From the NCBI GenBank assembly GCA_905178155.1, contig CAJINV010000004.1:3187014-3251013 (forward strand): DNA of 64,000 nt. Direction: 5' to 3'. The notes under the pieces are model-generated. The model was not told where the DNA came from and made no database searches. It saw only the letters and a list, made by a program, of their open reading frames with translations. This stretch comes from Amoebophrya sp. A120 (Eukaryota; Protista; Dinoflagellata). The first letter of the stretch is position 1; each line of letters begins with the position of its first letter. The position numbers and the translations under genes were made by a program. Shown one piece after another: positions 13,659 to 26,915 of the stretch.

Positions 13659-14480
13659 AGGTAGTGCGTACCACGAGGGAAAGGGCACGAAAGACGACAC
13701 AAATTGGGCCAGGGGATTCCGGAGAGGATTTTGGAGTTCCCGGAGGAATCCTCTCCGGAATCCTCTGAGGAATCCTCTCCCGAAACCGAGGCAAAACCGC
13801 CGGGGGAAGGGCGCGAAAGGCGGCCCAACTGGGGTCAGAGGATTCCGGAGAGGATTTTGGAATCCTCTGTGGAATCCTCGGCGGAATCCTCTCCCGAAAT
13901 CGTGGGTGGCAATGCCATCGGGGTAAGGGCGCGAAAGACGGCTCAAATTGGGCCAGGGGATTCCTGAGAGGATTTTGGAATCCTCTGAGGAATCCGCGGA
14001 GGAATCCTCGCCCGAAATCGAGGTAGTGCCGTCGGGGATCGGGCGTGAAGGACGGGCCAACTTGGGCCAGAGGATTCCTGGGAGGGTTTTGGAATCCTCT
14101 GCGGAATCCTCTCCCGAAATCGAGGTAGTGCCGCCGGGGAAAGGGCGCGAAAGACGGCCCAACTTGGGCCAGAGGATTCCTGAGAGGATTTTGGAATCCT
14201 TGGAGGAATCCTCTGGGGAATCCTCTCCCGCAATCGAGGCACTGCCGTCGGGGAAAGGGCGCGCAAGACGGCACAACTTGGGCCAGGGGACTCGCCAGGG
14301 GATTTTGGAGTCCTCGGAGGAGCCCCCTGGAAAATCCTCTCGCCAAATCGAGGCCCCCGTGCGTAGCATCCGCGGAAGGCCCTCCGAGGCGGACCAAATT
14401 GGGCCAGAGGACTCGCCAGGGGATTTTGAAGTCCTCTGACGAATCCGCTGGGAAATCCTCGGGGCAAATTCCGCGGGAAA
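13659..14480. repeat. Tandem repeat of 102-126 bp, about 7 copies, with an internal 12-bp GGAATCCTCTGA-like subrepeat
   Basis: The AA(A/C)TTGGGCCAG-like anchor occurs at about 13701, 13827, 13945, 14059, 14161, 14275 and 14395. Confidence 0.9.
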
Positions 14481-14990
14481 TGTGCGCCGGTTTGCCGCGC
14501 CTCCAAATCCGGCGGCAAACAGCACAGGACTATGCCACTTCGTTCGTTTTTGTGTTGTTTCGAAACGCTTCGCCAAAGCAAACACAACCACGGGCGGACT
14601 GCGTCGCCACAAGAGGCAAATCGCGTGACATTTACAAGGCCAATCACGACGGGAGTACTCTCCGGCGGCCGCGCTGGTTTTTGAGGCTACACGAGCGGAA
14701 ACGGTTGCTTTTTAGGTCCCACAGCGTACCCTTCTCTTTTATTTCTACAACAGAACGGCACGCGCTGAGGCCCAGAAAAATCCATCGCAGCGCCCTGATT
14801 GGGGTCAAACCTTGCGTATATACCCGGGCGTGGTGCCCTCGTGGAACGCCTTTTTTTAGGCTATGGAAACATAGCAATTCTACTGGCCAAAGCCCACCAT
14901 ACCATGCGGATTGGGAATTCGTGGCAGCACGGATTTCCAATCCGCTCTCTTTGCTGTTCTTCATCTCTTTCCGGGGTCCCGGAATTTTCG

Positions 14991-15400
14991 CCTTCCGAGA
15001 TTTCCCGGGAACTTGTGCAACTCGTGCAACTTTTGCACGTTTTTGTTGCAAATCACCACGGTACGGCCGAGTTGCACGGCGAGTTGCACGGTGCAACTCG
15101 CCGTGCAACTATCGCAACATTTCGCGCAGAACCAGGATGGTATGGCCCTTCCGAGATTTCCCGGAAACTTGTGCAACTCGTGCAGCTTTTGCACGTTTTG
15201 CGTTGCGAATCGCGATGGTATGGCCCGAGTTGCACGGCAAGTTGCACGGCGCAACTCGCCGCGCAACCATCCCTACATTTTGCGCCGAACCAGGGCGGTA
15301 TGGGCCGCGTTTCGATTCCACTTGTGCTAATCGCTCAACTTCGGCAGTTTTGTTGTGCGAACCACGGCGCGCCCGGTTGCCCAACTTCCACGCGGGACTG
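14991..15400. repeat. 156-bp tandem repeat (2 copies plus a degenerate third) rich in TTGCAC/GTGCAA motifs
   Basis: CCTTCCGAGATTTCCCGG(G/A)AACTTGTGCAACTCGTGCA at 14991 and 15147. Confidence 0.85.
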
Positions 15401-15950
15401 CGCTGGCGCATGTGGGCAGTATTTCCAGCGCGCGCGCGCTGGCTGCTGCGCATGTGGGGGATGTGTCCACTGTGTCGCGCTGAGAATGGACATGCGCATG
15501 TCGGCTGTGTCTCCTCTTCGGTTGGTTGTTGTTGGTTGTCAGTTGAGTTGTCGTTCTGGCGTATGGGCAACCAACTTGAAAACTGACGCATTGCCAACGA
15601 GACAACTTGACAACCAACCCACAACCACCACCGCCGTCGCGAACTTCCTCGGCACGCCCGCCCGAGTATCACGGCTCCGCTTCCGGGTGTCAATGTGATG
15701 GCGCGCGCGGGCAGTATTGCCGCTGCGCCTCTCTTTCCCTTCGGCCCGCGCCACAACACTATTGATGGGGACGCTTTGGGGCCCGTTCGCCGCCGCCGCG
15801 CGCGGGCGCCCCAGTGTGGTGGGCCTTGTTCCCCGCCACTCTGCCTTACGGTTCGGGCCCTGCGGTTGCGGCCCCTCGGGCGGACGAGCGGACCACCCCC
15901 AGAACAGTCACCAACGAGGGGACCGGCCAGGCGCTCAACAGAAGCAAGCG

Positions 15951-16770
15951 GCGCAATGGTTAGGTCGGTGGTGAGGCCCGCGGGCGCAATAGCTGTGTTC
16001 AACAAAAGCCCCGCATTGGTTAGGTCCGTGCTGAGGCCCGCGGGCANNNNNNNNNNNNNNNNNNNNNNNNNNNNNNNNNNNNNNNNNNNNNNNNNNNNNN
16101 NNNNNNNNNNNNNNNNNNNNNNNNNNNNNNNNNNNNNNNNNNNNNNNNNNNNNNNNNNNNNNNNNNNNNNNNNNNNNNNNNNNNNNNNNNNNNNNNNNNN
16201 NNNNNNNNNNNNNNNNNNNNNNNNNNNNNNNNNNNNNNNNNNNNNNNNNNNNNNNNNNNNNNNNNNNNNNNNNNNNNNNNNNNNNNNNNNNNNNNNNNNN
16301 NNNNNNNNNNNNNNNNNNNNNNNNNNNNNNNNNNNNNNNNNNNNNNNNNNNNNNNNNNNNNNNNNNNNNNNNNNNNNNNNNNNNNNNNNNNNNNNNNNNN
16401 NNNNNNNNNNNNNNNNNNNNNNNNNNNNNNNNNNNNNNNNNNNNNNNNNNNNNNNNNNNNNNNNNNNNNNNNNNNNNNNNNNNNNNNNNNNNNNNNNNNN
16501 NNNNNNNNNNNNNNNNNNNNNNNNNNNNNNNNNNNNNNNNNNNNNNNNNNNNNNNNNNNNNNNNNNNNNNNNNAGGCGGGGGCCCCCTGCGCGTGGCCAG
16601 TGAAAGAGAGAGGCCGGCGGGGGCCCCCCTGCGGGCGGGCCGGGAGGCGGGGGCCCCCCGGTGGGGAGGCTACCCAGCGGGCGGGAGGGCGGGAGCCGGG
16701 GACGGGGGCCCCCCTGTGGGGAGGATACCCAGCGGGCGAAAGGGCGGGAGGCGGGGGCCCCCTGTTTTCC
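15951..16770. repeat. GC-rich repeats flanking an assembly gap (N 16047-16573)
   Basis: A 60-bp-period duplication (GGTTAGGTC..TGAGGCCCGCGGGC) precedes the gap; AGGCGGGGCCCCC and GGGAGG.TACCCAGCGGGCG repeats follow it. Confidence 0.75.
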
Positions 16771-17606
16771 CCGACGGTATGCTCGACGCAAAAATAGTAA
16801 CCTTCAGCGTGCCATCGCGATTAAAAGTCTGGGCCTCAGCACGTATCGGTCTCTTCTACAAATACTTCCTAGCAGGTTGTACGCACGCTATCTTCCATAA
16901 AAATCAATTGTATATATAGACGTCGTGCACGTGCAGCTCTCTACCGCGATAAGCAGCTGCTGACCCAAAACCGGTCAGCGATTGCTGTAAGCGCAGAGCT
17001 TATCATGTTGCGTATGTGATATTTCTATTTCTTCAAGAAAATAGAGTTGTATAAAGTTCCATATTAACCGCAAAAACTAGTCCGATCTAACAAGCTACGA
17101 AATCACCCAAATTCGATCACGGTTCGTGATTTACTGACATATCGATATTATCTCGTAGTACGAGGATTGCCTTGTGCTTTTGCTTCTCGAGCAACGTTGG
17201 GATTTGATATATTAATATTTCTTGTTCGGGATAAAAATTGGCATCGTCTTCGGCGCAAGTGTTTCTGGTACCGGGCGTGCAGTCCTATATTCGGTTTTTG
17301 ATTGGACTGGGGGCCCATTGCCATCGAGGATCGACGAGAAATAGTACCACATCACTGCACCACTATTGTCCGCTTGTACCGCCCGGATTCTCGAAGCGCG
17401 TTTAACCTGACAGTGGTCGTATAAATCAAGATCTATTCTCTCATCTTCAAGTCGCTCAATCTGAATTGATTCTTGTTTTTCAATCGGGTTTTCCTTCGCA
17501 AACATGCAACTTCGACTTCCCGTTCTCATGCGGTGAATGAATGTGAACAAAGAACATTCCAAGAAACTAAATAACAAATTTCATCGTCCAAAAAAATGGT
17601 ACTTGT

Positions 17607-20600
17607 TTAGCCCGGACAGCAAGCGGCTGAGACTATTTCTTTCCGGAGCTGCCTTCCCGAAACTCGACGGCTTCTCATGCGCCCAACCTTATTCATAAAT
17701 TTTATACCTAGTTTGTGGTTAAAGTGGCGACAAGGACAACCACAACAGGCTGCGCATTTCACAGTGACAAAAATCTTCAGCAGTGATGAAGACCATCACT
17801 AAATCGCACAAAAATAATAAATTTCTCACCTTGCGCATTGAGTTCGAAGAGCCCCGTGCCGTCGGGCTGCTGCACGAACGCGGTGATAGCACATTTTTCC
17901 TTGCAGGCCAGCTTTCCAATATTTTCACCACTGCTGTCGTCGAACAGAACGACGCCCTCCTCCTTTGCGACGGTGTGCCTGGTGTGAGATCAGGAGCAGC
18001 CATTACAATCCGTTTTACATTCATTTTTATTGTAAAAACCAAAGCTCGTCGAAACACCCACGGCCGCGGACTGCGACTGATGCCCATCGTAAGTCGTACT
18101 AGTTTCATTTTCAATCGGATGAACCATAATTTTTCTCCTGAGGACACCATTCGAAAATATTCAAATAGCAATAAGTACCTTTCTCGCGTCCCGCACACTA
18201 CCGCCGTTGCAGTAACGACCACTGGGATCGCAGGCTCGCTTTTTTTTGGCGGGGACGTGTCACGGGGAACGACCGCTTGCGGCTTCGAGTGGTCCAGAGA
18301 GGGGCGGTATACCTTTGATTTTGATTAGAAATTAATAGATTGATAAAAAAACAAAATCGCGATCTTCACACACTGCTTAAAGGCGCGGAAACGCAATGTT
18401 GCCAAATCTATAAACAAAGACAAAACCCCCCAAAATCTCTATTTATACCTCAAACACGATGGGAAAGGCATTGGTCGCTCGCACTTTGTCCATTTCCTTG
18501 GCAAAGGCATCGAAATTGAGAGTCGTCACCCCGTTCACTGCCGTTATGGTGTCCTCTGTTTTATTGTGTGATGTTTCGATCATAAAATGCAAAAGCGGCA
18601 ATCGATCGTCAAGGGCGCTCCGCTGAAGACCTCTATCTAGTTTCCTCGCGATTGAAGATTGATGCGGAAGTATAGGACCAGAGTAAGCAAACACCGAGCA
18701 TCAAAAACGAATACCTGTCTTCCACCCCAGTGGTTCCGCGGCGGGATGGTAGAAATTCTCGACTGTCAAGCCCCGCAAGTTCAACCCCAGTTTCCCGCCC
18801 TCGAAAAAGTGCGGCACGGTGACGGTCCAGTTCGCGACCAGCGGGTCGTCGTTGTCGCGCGACTGGTACAACAAAGTGCTACTTGCTCCTGCTCCGTAGG
18901 ACGACGAAGATGAATTTATTCCGGCGTGCTGGTGCGTTGACGCCGGTCCTCCTCCTGCAAATGACGAAGAAGAGCCACCTCCTCCACCTTTAGCACCAGA
19001 AACAGCTCCGCGGTGGTGACCAAACGACGCATGATGATGGTAATAATGATGTGCACCACCTCCCCCGCCGGCTGTAGAAGTTGTTGTCCCCCGCGGTGCA
19101 CCTGCTCCGTAGTGTTGTTGCGTCGTCGAGGTGTTGCCACCACTCGAAGTTGCTGTTCCCGGGAGGTGATTACCACCAGCAGCAGAAATACTGCCTGGCG
19201 CATTCGTCCCGTGGTGGCTGTAGTGCCCCCCGTAGTTGTAGGACCCGACGACGTGTGGCGACGGATGGTAGGACGAGCCGCTAGCGTGCTGATTGTAGCC
19301 TCGATAAGAACTACCAGCTGCCGAGGAAGTTGCACCGTTACCCCCTCCTCCACCTGCACTGCCGGCTGCCGCAGTAGAACCAGGATAGAGTGGATGAGGC
19401 GGCCCTCCTGGAACTGCATGTGGTCCTCCACTATGCGCCCCCGCCGTTGCACTTCCGTTCGTGATGGGTGGCTGCGGCTGGTAGGCTGGGACGCCGAGAG
19501 TTGGTGGCCCACCACTGCTCGCCCCGTAGTGGCCGCTTATGTTGTGGTGATGATGTTGATGAGCCGCGGAGGCTCCTCCATACCCGCCCGTCATTCCATG
19601 GTAGTGGGACGAGGAAGCTGCTCCTACTGCCGTGTGTGAAGATGGATGAGCGCCTGCTCCGGAAGTAGTAGAGCCGCTGGCGTTCATCTGTGAGCCACTT
19701 GATGTTCCAAACTGCTGATGTGGCGGACCTATTCCACCGTATTGATGCGGGTGACCAGCACCGTAGGCCGCAGCGTGGGATGTGGGTCCACCTCCATAGG
19801 AACTGCCCTGGTGTGGTCCTCCTGTATTTCCGGGTGCGGCGGCGGCCCCTCCGCTGCTGCGCGACGCGGGGTGGTACAAGTGCGCAGGACCTCCACCCGG
19901 CACAGTGCCGGAAGATACCATGTAGTTGTTCCGATTCTCGTCATTCACCGCCCGGTGCTGTGCGGTTGGGACGTGTTGTTGTTGACTCGCGTAAGCACCA
20001 GGACCACCCGAAGGGTGCTGCGTGCTGTGGTGTGGACCAGCGTGGTGGTGCTGAGAGTGGTGTGAGGATGAAGAAGTAGTCCCTGCTCCGTGTACAACTA
20101 CGCTGCCGGGCTGCTGATAAGGAGAAGCGCTTGTCATTCCGGGGCCATACTGCGGTGGATGTTGTGCCCCCGCCGTCACAGGATGTGCCCCGTGTTGAGA
20201 TGAGGTGGAAGCGGCCGTAGCATGAGGGTAAGAATGGTGACCGTAAGATGAACCTGCTCCGTGAGAAACTGCACTACCTGCTCCAGGGTGGGGGTTATTG
20301 TATCCAGCAGCTGCTGCAGTGCCATATGGTCCAGCAGCCGTGGAAGTAGAACCGTTCGGCGTCGTAGTCGTTGTACTGTACGAGGCGTGCTGTTTATTCG
20401 TGCCACCAATATTCGCCGGGTAAGACGTCATCCGATTATGTTGCTGGTGCTGCACATTGTAGTCGACATCTATCGCGGACAGCGGCTGTCGCGGAGGTGC
20501 GACTGCCCCTGCTCCTCGCGCTGATCCAGCTACAACACTGCCAGCGGAATGTGTTGCTGGGCCTCCTCCTTTACCTCCCGCTGATGCAGCTGCACCATAT

Positions 20601-21339
20601 AATCCGTTGTAGTAGGCCGCTGCTTGTGCTTGTTGGACGGTACTGCCCGATGTTGATCCGTTGTAGTGCTGAGTGGCACCAGTTCCGTTCCTCGCAGATG
20701 ATCCAGCACTACCGTAGGGACCTGGTTGCTGGTGCGCCGCTGTCGCGGCACTAGTACCGGTGCTGGTTGTCGAACTGGTACCGTATTGCTGGCTGTGGTG
20801 CGCGGCTGCTGCTGCGCCAGTGCTCGCGGTGCTAGACGCGCTAGAGGTGGACGTCGCTGAAGTTGTGTTGTAGTAGTGCTGGTGGTACGCGGCCGTTGCG
20901 GCGTTGCTCGCGGCGCCTTTTTTGTTGCTCGCGTGTGAGGGGTTATAGCTGCTGCTGTAGTAGCTGCCGCCCTTACCGCCACCAGCGCTGCCGTTTCCGC
21001 TGCCTAGTGTTTTTGTGAGGACGTCGTGCAGTTGGAAATGAAACATGACGTTCTTTTCTAGACGTACAACAAAAGCTTTCATAGCATGTATACAGATACT
21101 TACACAGAGCGAATCGACGGGATTAGCAGGCTGCAATCGAACACTATGTTGTCCATGTGTTCATATGTCAATCATCATCAATGAATCGAGAATAATATCG
21201 ACGTAGAAGAAGTACAAATACGTTGTGCGCCGTTCTGCCTTCCCCCATAGAATGATGAAGAACTGCTGGCGCTCGAGCTCGTGGAACTTGCGCCTCCACC
21301 ACCAGCTCCGTACGAGGAGTAATACCCTGCGCCCGACAT
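17607..21339 (-). CDS. Multi-exon PDZ-domain protein with a long G/S/H/Y/Q-rich low-complexity N-terminus
   Basis: Probable start MSGAGYYSSYG (21339); large exon ~18715-21058; PDZ signature GGKLGLNLRGLTVENF...GW and DTITAVNGV; later GT-AG exons end GWAHEKP...AACCPG*. Confidence 0.6.
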
Positions 21340-22332
21340 GATCGTCAGTCGTACTAGTGCGCAGACGCAAATCTTCTGGGAGGAGGTATCTGCTTTCTGT
21401 CTTTACAACTTCGCAGTCAGAGGTTGTTGTACTACCACGGATCTCTGCACAGATAGGGCTTCATCTCCCGATTCTCATCTTCGACGTAACACAATTTTGC
21501 GATGCTGATGTTGGTGAAGATGGTGTTGCAGGACATATTCGCGTTCTCCTCGAGCAAGATGATGTGCATGCCACGCATGACTGGTGCTGCGTCTCCCCAA
21601 CACACTAAAAGCGAGCCCGTGCTTTTCGTAGTTGCACCACTCCGCGTCCGGTGGTACTTAAGCTTTTTTCCGGTGCAGCGCTTGGCGTAGTAGAGTGAAA
21701 AAGAAAAACCTTGAAGAAACGTCCTCCAGCAATGTTTTTCCGGTTGTTGTAAACAAGGCAAATATAACACCTTGATGTGCAAAAAATACACAACAAGAAA
21801 ACAACTATGCGATCGAGCGATGCGATTCGATTTCGAAGCACGAGGCTCACATAAAAAGATGAAAACATTGACTCAAAAAGTGGTCAAAGTTCGGCACAGA
21901 TTTAGATTTCTGCGCTCGTATTAACACGCTCGCTCTACTTCGGCTTATTAGACGCTCAGCAAAAATCCGCTCTTGGTCTTATTCGTTTCATCGATTACGT
22001 GAGGTGTCTAGTTGTACTCCCCCCAGAGTTTGTTATCGATATGCGGTGCTAGTCGTTCACTGGTTGAAAGCCAAGAACAGAGAAAGATTATACACAAAAC
22101 TGTCACTGCCACAGGATCTTCTTCTTCTCGTTCTCGAAAAATCGTCCACACGAAAATTGATTTATGTTGCCTATGGCATTTATTCTTGCTCCACAAACAC
22201 AACAGACCCGCAAGTGTGTGTAGTATTCTTTACCTCGTCCAGCGGTGCTAGTTTAATATGCTCTCTAGTTTAGCGTCATGTACTCTCTTTCGCTACTCCA
22301 GTATTCTTATTCTATTGAAAGCCGTCTAAGCG

Positions 22333-24024
22333 TCATCCGTGCCCGAACAGCCCGATTTTTGCTTGTACCGTTTTTGGTTTCCGTGCGGAGAGCTGCTCCA
22401 ATAATTCCTGCTGCCGAACCTGCCAGGCCTGCTGCGCCGCACTGTTGCCCGAGGATGAAACTGTCGTCGGTGTGAGAAACAGATCTTCCTGCATCATCAA
22501 ATCGCGCAGGGATTCTCGTGTAGCCGCCGGTGCGCCAGCAGCAGCAGCGCCTGGATAGTTTTTGTTCAGACCGTCTTCTGCTATTGACGGTAAAGAGGAA
22601 TTACTACCGCTCCCGCCGGGGCCGCCGTACCTCTGAGCAGGAGGTACCAGCGCGGACGCGGAGCCGGGAGCAAGAACTTATGGCAGTGGCAGAAACTTTT
22701 TCCTTCAAAACTTTTTTTTTTTTCGCCATGCGCATCACCCAGCGCGAGAAGTAGATATCGTCTCGGCGGCGACTATCTCACGCGTGGGCGCTGCGGCTTT
22801 ATGCCCATGTCAAATTTGCTGGTCTGCATGCAGGAACAGGGCGAAGTTTTCCGCCTGTTGCGTCCCGGGTCCGGTCCGTGACGGCAGGCGCAGGAGCCGG
22901 ACAAACACCGTATGGCTTGGCGCTGGTCGGATAAAAAGAATTATGCAACCAAGCCGAGGCGCGACGGCCCCAATGACTTAGGCGCCGCGGATACGCCATG
23001 ACTTCGGGTTTTGGTCTCGGGCCAGTGCTTTTCAGCCCCGGTTGTTTTACAAAGAGCAAAAGGATGTTGCGTCTCCGGAAGCAAACAAAAGGCCCCAGGG
23101 GGTACCCCAGAGGCAACCCCAAACCCCCCCCCTTTTTGGGCCTCCTCAGAAGGGTACTCCCCATTGGTATCTCCACGAAGGGGGTTCCCCCAAACCCCCC
23201 CCCCTCAAGGGGGGGCCCGAGCCCTCTTTTTGCTTCCGCAAGTTTTCAGCTTTTCAAAAGCGATGTCCGGAAAAATGATCACGCGAACCCGGTAAGAATG
23301 GGTCTTACACAGCCGGGTCCGGAATAAAGTGGGCGACTTTATTGGCTTCTGCGCCTACACTGTCTGCGCCTCGCAGAGTACTTTGGAAGCAAGGGCGCGC
23401 CAGGTCCCGTGGCCATGCTCGTTTGAGACTGCCGCCCTTGTGCGATCCGTCAGACTTGCGCCGCTATATCCTGCACTACCTCTCGACGCGCCAAGGCCGC
23501 GGCGGGGGACCTACCTGCCGCGCACCTCTAGGCCAAGGCGCTAGGGACGAATCTGCGACGCAGCCGACGGGCAAGCCCGCTCTGCCCCTGTCTTCCCACT
23601 AGCCAGCCCAGCCTGCACAAATAGCCGCCCACTGCAAGCGGGGCCCATTCACGTCCGAAAAGGTGTCGGGTTTTCATGATGGGTGATTTGCATGTGCAAA
23701 AAAAAAAAAGTTTTGAAGGAAAAAGTGAAAGAAGTGAGCAGGAGGTACCAGCGCGGACGCGGAGCCGGGAGCAAGAACTCGTCCCGGTGGTCGTAGCAGA
23801 TTGGTTCCGTCGTAACTGCTTCCACTACTTCCGACGGCGATGACCTCCAGATCTGGCGAGTGCATGGCCGGGCTCACGTCGTAGCAGAAACTGAGAAAGC
23901 ACTTTTCAAAAGTCGCCTTTGCGTCTTCCTCGCGGAGGGCCGCCTGCCGAATCTCGTCGTTGTGTGGCACGGAGTGGTGGGTAGTGGGGATGCTCGATCT
24001 AGAGGATGAAAATACGGTGCCCAT
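22333..24024 (-). CDS. Hypothetical 196-aa protein (MGTVFSS N-myristoylation-like start) interrupted by a 1056-bp insert
   Basis: 24024-23735 joined to 22633-22333 gives 591 nt with no internal stop: ...ALVPPAQRYGGPGG...AKIGLFGHG*. Confidence 0.65.
22679..23734. mobile_element. 1056-bp GC-rich non-coding insert with 47-bp subterminal inverted repeats, flanked by a perfect 45-bp direct repeat
   Basis: Direct repeat 22634-22678 = 23735-23779; inverted repeat 22695-22741 / 23680-23726; left end TATGGC. Confidence 0.8.
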
Positions 24025-24512
24025 TTTATTATTGCTGCCGGTGGGGGTGATGGTCTGGGGCTGCTCCTTCTAGCGGTTCGTTGCAAGCCGGTGCTGTGTA
24101 GTCTTTGGAGAGCAGCCGAGATCTTGATCTACTCCACAAAGAAACAACAAGCGGGGACAGCCGCCTCTACGCTGGTACAACTACCCGATGACTGTGGTAG
24201 ATAGGCGAACGAGGGCACTGGCAAGGCTATACGACACAATGAGAGTCGTGTGCGTGCATCGACCATCTTGGCTTTCTCGTGTCTCACGAATCGCTTAAGG
24301 CCAGCGGCGGGGGAAGAAACAGAGATGATCCAGATCGTGCAAGCAGCTCAAAACAACAATTTCCCTCATAGACACGAAGATCATCGGGTGCTGCGGGAAA
24401 GATCGGCACCATCTTCCACTATCCTGTAAAGAACCTCCTCTGCAGAAGACGAAGGTTTGGACCAACACCTTAAGACCGCTGTACTCATGCAAAATGAACT
24501 CCTCCGACGAGA

Positions 24513-26915
24513 TCATCGTCCCGCTGCATGAATGCAGCTAGAAACAGCAGTATGAGCCGCAGGCTGCTTTTTTGAAGATTGACAATCGCGCAGCTTTTTC
24601 TGTAGGAAAGGGATCACAAAAATCGCATTACACAGTTCCATCAGCGTGGCAACTATGTAAGGGTCGACCACAAATTCCAAATTCAGTTTCCGCAAAAGCG
24701 CCCCGAGAGAACCACCTGAACCTGGGATCGTCCTCGACACGAGGACCTCACGACCATTGTCCCGCACAACTACCTTCGTCTTCAAGTCAAATACTTTCGC
24801 GAAGAACGACGGCATGAGAATGGACGGCAGGAGCATCAAGTTGCTTTGCGCCGTCGCGAGCGCGCCCTGTCCAAGCTTCATGCGTTCCGCCTCCTGCTGA
24901 AACGTGCGCTGCAACACATCCCCGCCGAAGTGCAACATGTACAGCAGATTGTTCACCCAGAGCACCCGGGTGGGGTTTTCTGCAAGGTAGACATTCAGAT
25001 ACGCGGCAATCTCCACCAGGGCGTGCGATTGCAGTAAGAAAACCGCGCCGCGGTTCAGAATGGAGTTCTTGCAGCTCTCATTTGCACGGTCGTCGGACGA
25101 AGAACCGGAAGCCGAGGTAATATTCGGCGCCTTGTCTTGATGTCCCGTGAACGTTCGCAACACCGGTATCAGAAGCAAGCTGTTGACGATCAACGCGACG
25201 CGCGCCAGCCGCTCGCTGATGCTGTCTGAGCCGCCGCCCCAGCGGTTGTCGCCGAATTTTTGACGGTAGTACATCGTACTGACTGACCCGACATACGTCG
25301 GCAACGTGCGGCAGACCATCAGGAGGCCGAGAAGCCGAAGTTTCCGGCTCTCCGCAAAACCCGGGAAGAAGGTTTGGAAGGGTTTGTGGAAATAACGGTT
25401 GGTGAGGCTTGTTTTGGATACGGCAGTTGATGCTGAGACTTGGTGTTGGTCGTTGTTATTTCTCCTGCTTCCCGTACCCGTGGTGTCTACATCGGTCGCC
25501 CGATTCTGGTCCACCTCGTGTTCGTGATGTTGCTCAGCATCTTCCCGTATTTCCGCCTGCTTCGTGCCTTCTCCCAGGCGGATTGAAAAGTTCTCAGCCG
25601 TTGCCGCGGTGAGCAAATTCTTGCTCGAAGTGCCCGCCACTTTTCCACTATAATTGCCGTGCTGTTTCTCGGTCGTCTTTTCGGTTGCTGGCTCACCCGA
25701 AGAACTACCCGTGATGGACCCGCCCTCCTCCGCACGACTTCTTGTCCGCAAAAACAGCACCGCGCTGGCAAGAACGGCGATCGCCCCGTGGCAGAAGTAG
25801 CTCAGCTCCGGCTTGTCTTTATACGGGAAGAATGTTTGCCCGGCAAAATTCCCCAACAACCCCGTTGCCAAGGCGACGCGAAACACGATCTGGTTTTGGT
25901 TCACCGCTTCCAACGAGCCGTGGCCGACGAGGTCGCCGAGCCACGCGGAGCACGCCCGGAACACGCTGGGAAACACGGTGGTGAGAATTAGTTGGTGTAA
26001 GACGAAAATCGGCTTCATGAAGTTCCGTGCCTTTGTAGTTCTCGTCGGTTGTTGTACTTCTATGCTTGTGGTCTCGAGCCCGTTCTGACCTTCTTGACCA
26101 CTGCAGGTGACCGCCAGCACCATTTTCGCGACCCCGAGAATGAAAAAGCCATTGACCATCGTCCGTACTCGGCTTTTGTCCAGGCGCCGGTTCAACATCG
26201 GGGTCACAAAAAAGTCCAGTAACGTACAGAGCTCGGATATCACAGGAAAAAAGTGTTACAGTTACACATTTGTTGGAGTTTCTGCATCTGCTCGACATGG
26301 CAAACAAGACCTGTGATGCGCAAACTATAAAGGGAAAACACGAAGGAAGTGAGGTTGGCAAGCATCTCCTGCATGACAGAGTTTATCTGTCTTGCTTGTC
26401 TCCCATCAGAGTGTGTAACTGTAACACTTTTTTCTCACGATATGGGAAATTTGGGAGGAGAAATTCGCTACATTGGTATGTTGGAGTTGCTGGGCCTGGG
26501 CATCAGGGGCGGGACGGGTTGAGGATGTTCTTGTCGTTGCAGCTGTCCCACCACTTGTTGTCGTGGACGACGCTCCTCCGTTCACGACCTTGTACAGCAA
26601 GTTCGTCCGGCTACTGGCCAGCAGTCCCATCCCGAAAGCGTTGATGCCACGGACCAGACAGATCAGCCGCAGCCGGTCTTGACGGGCCTGGAGGATTTGA
26701 TGTTGTTGCTCTCCTTTTTCATCAACATCTTCGCCTGTGTCTTCAGGGACCACCACATTCGGTGATGTCGTGGGAACTTTCTCTCGCCGGGCTTGCAGCT
26801 CCTCGAAAGGCCCTTCTTCACGCCCGCCCTGAGCTTGAGCAGGGTTTGATGTTGCAACATTACCTCCCAGTGAGTTCTTGAGGTTAGGGCGGCGTTCGTG
26901 GGCCCCTACTCGCAT
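24513..26915 (-). CDS. MFS-type multi-pass membrane transporter, 2 exons
   Basis: Two hydrophobic halves with a long central loop. Exons join across the introner 26238-26442 as FSSQIS(Q/E)LCTLLDFFVTPMLNRRLDKSRVR. Confidence 0.65.
26238..26442. mobile_element. Introner family E
   Basis: TIR TATCACAGGAAAAAAGTGTTACAGTTACAC / GTGTAACTGTAACACTTTTTTCTCACGATA; TSD TCGGA/TGGGA (1 mismatch). Confidence 0.85.

Noticed and set aside
14862-16899. Possible large TAT...ATA element (TATGGAAACATAGC / GCTATCTTCCATA)
   Set aside because: The match is short and imperfect, and the flanks (TAGGC vs AAAAT) show no 5-bp duplication.
12907-16919. Long ORFs in several frames, some collagen-like or Pro/Gly-rich
   Set aside because: They are by-products of stop-poor GC-rich tandem repeats and of the N gap.
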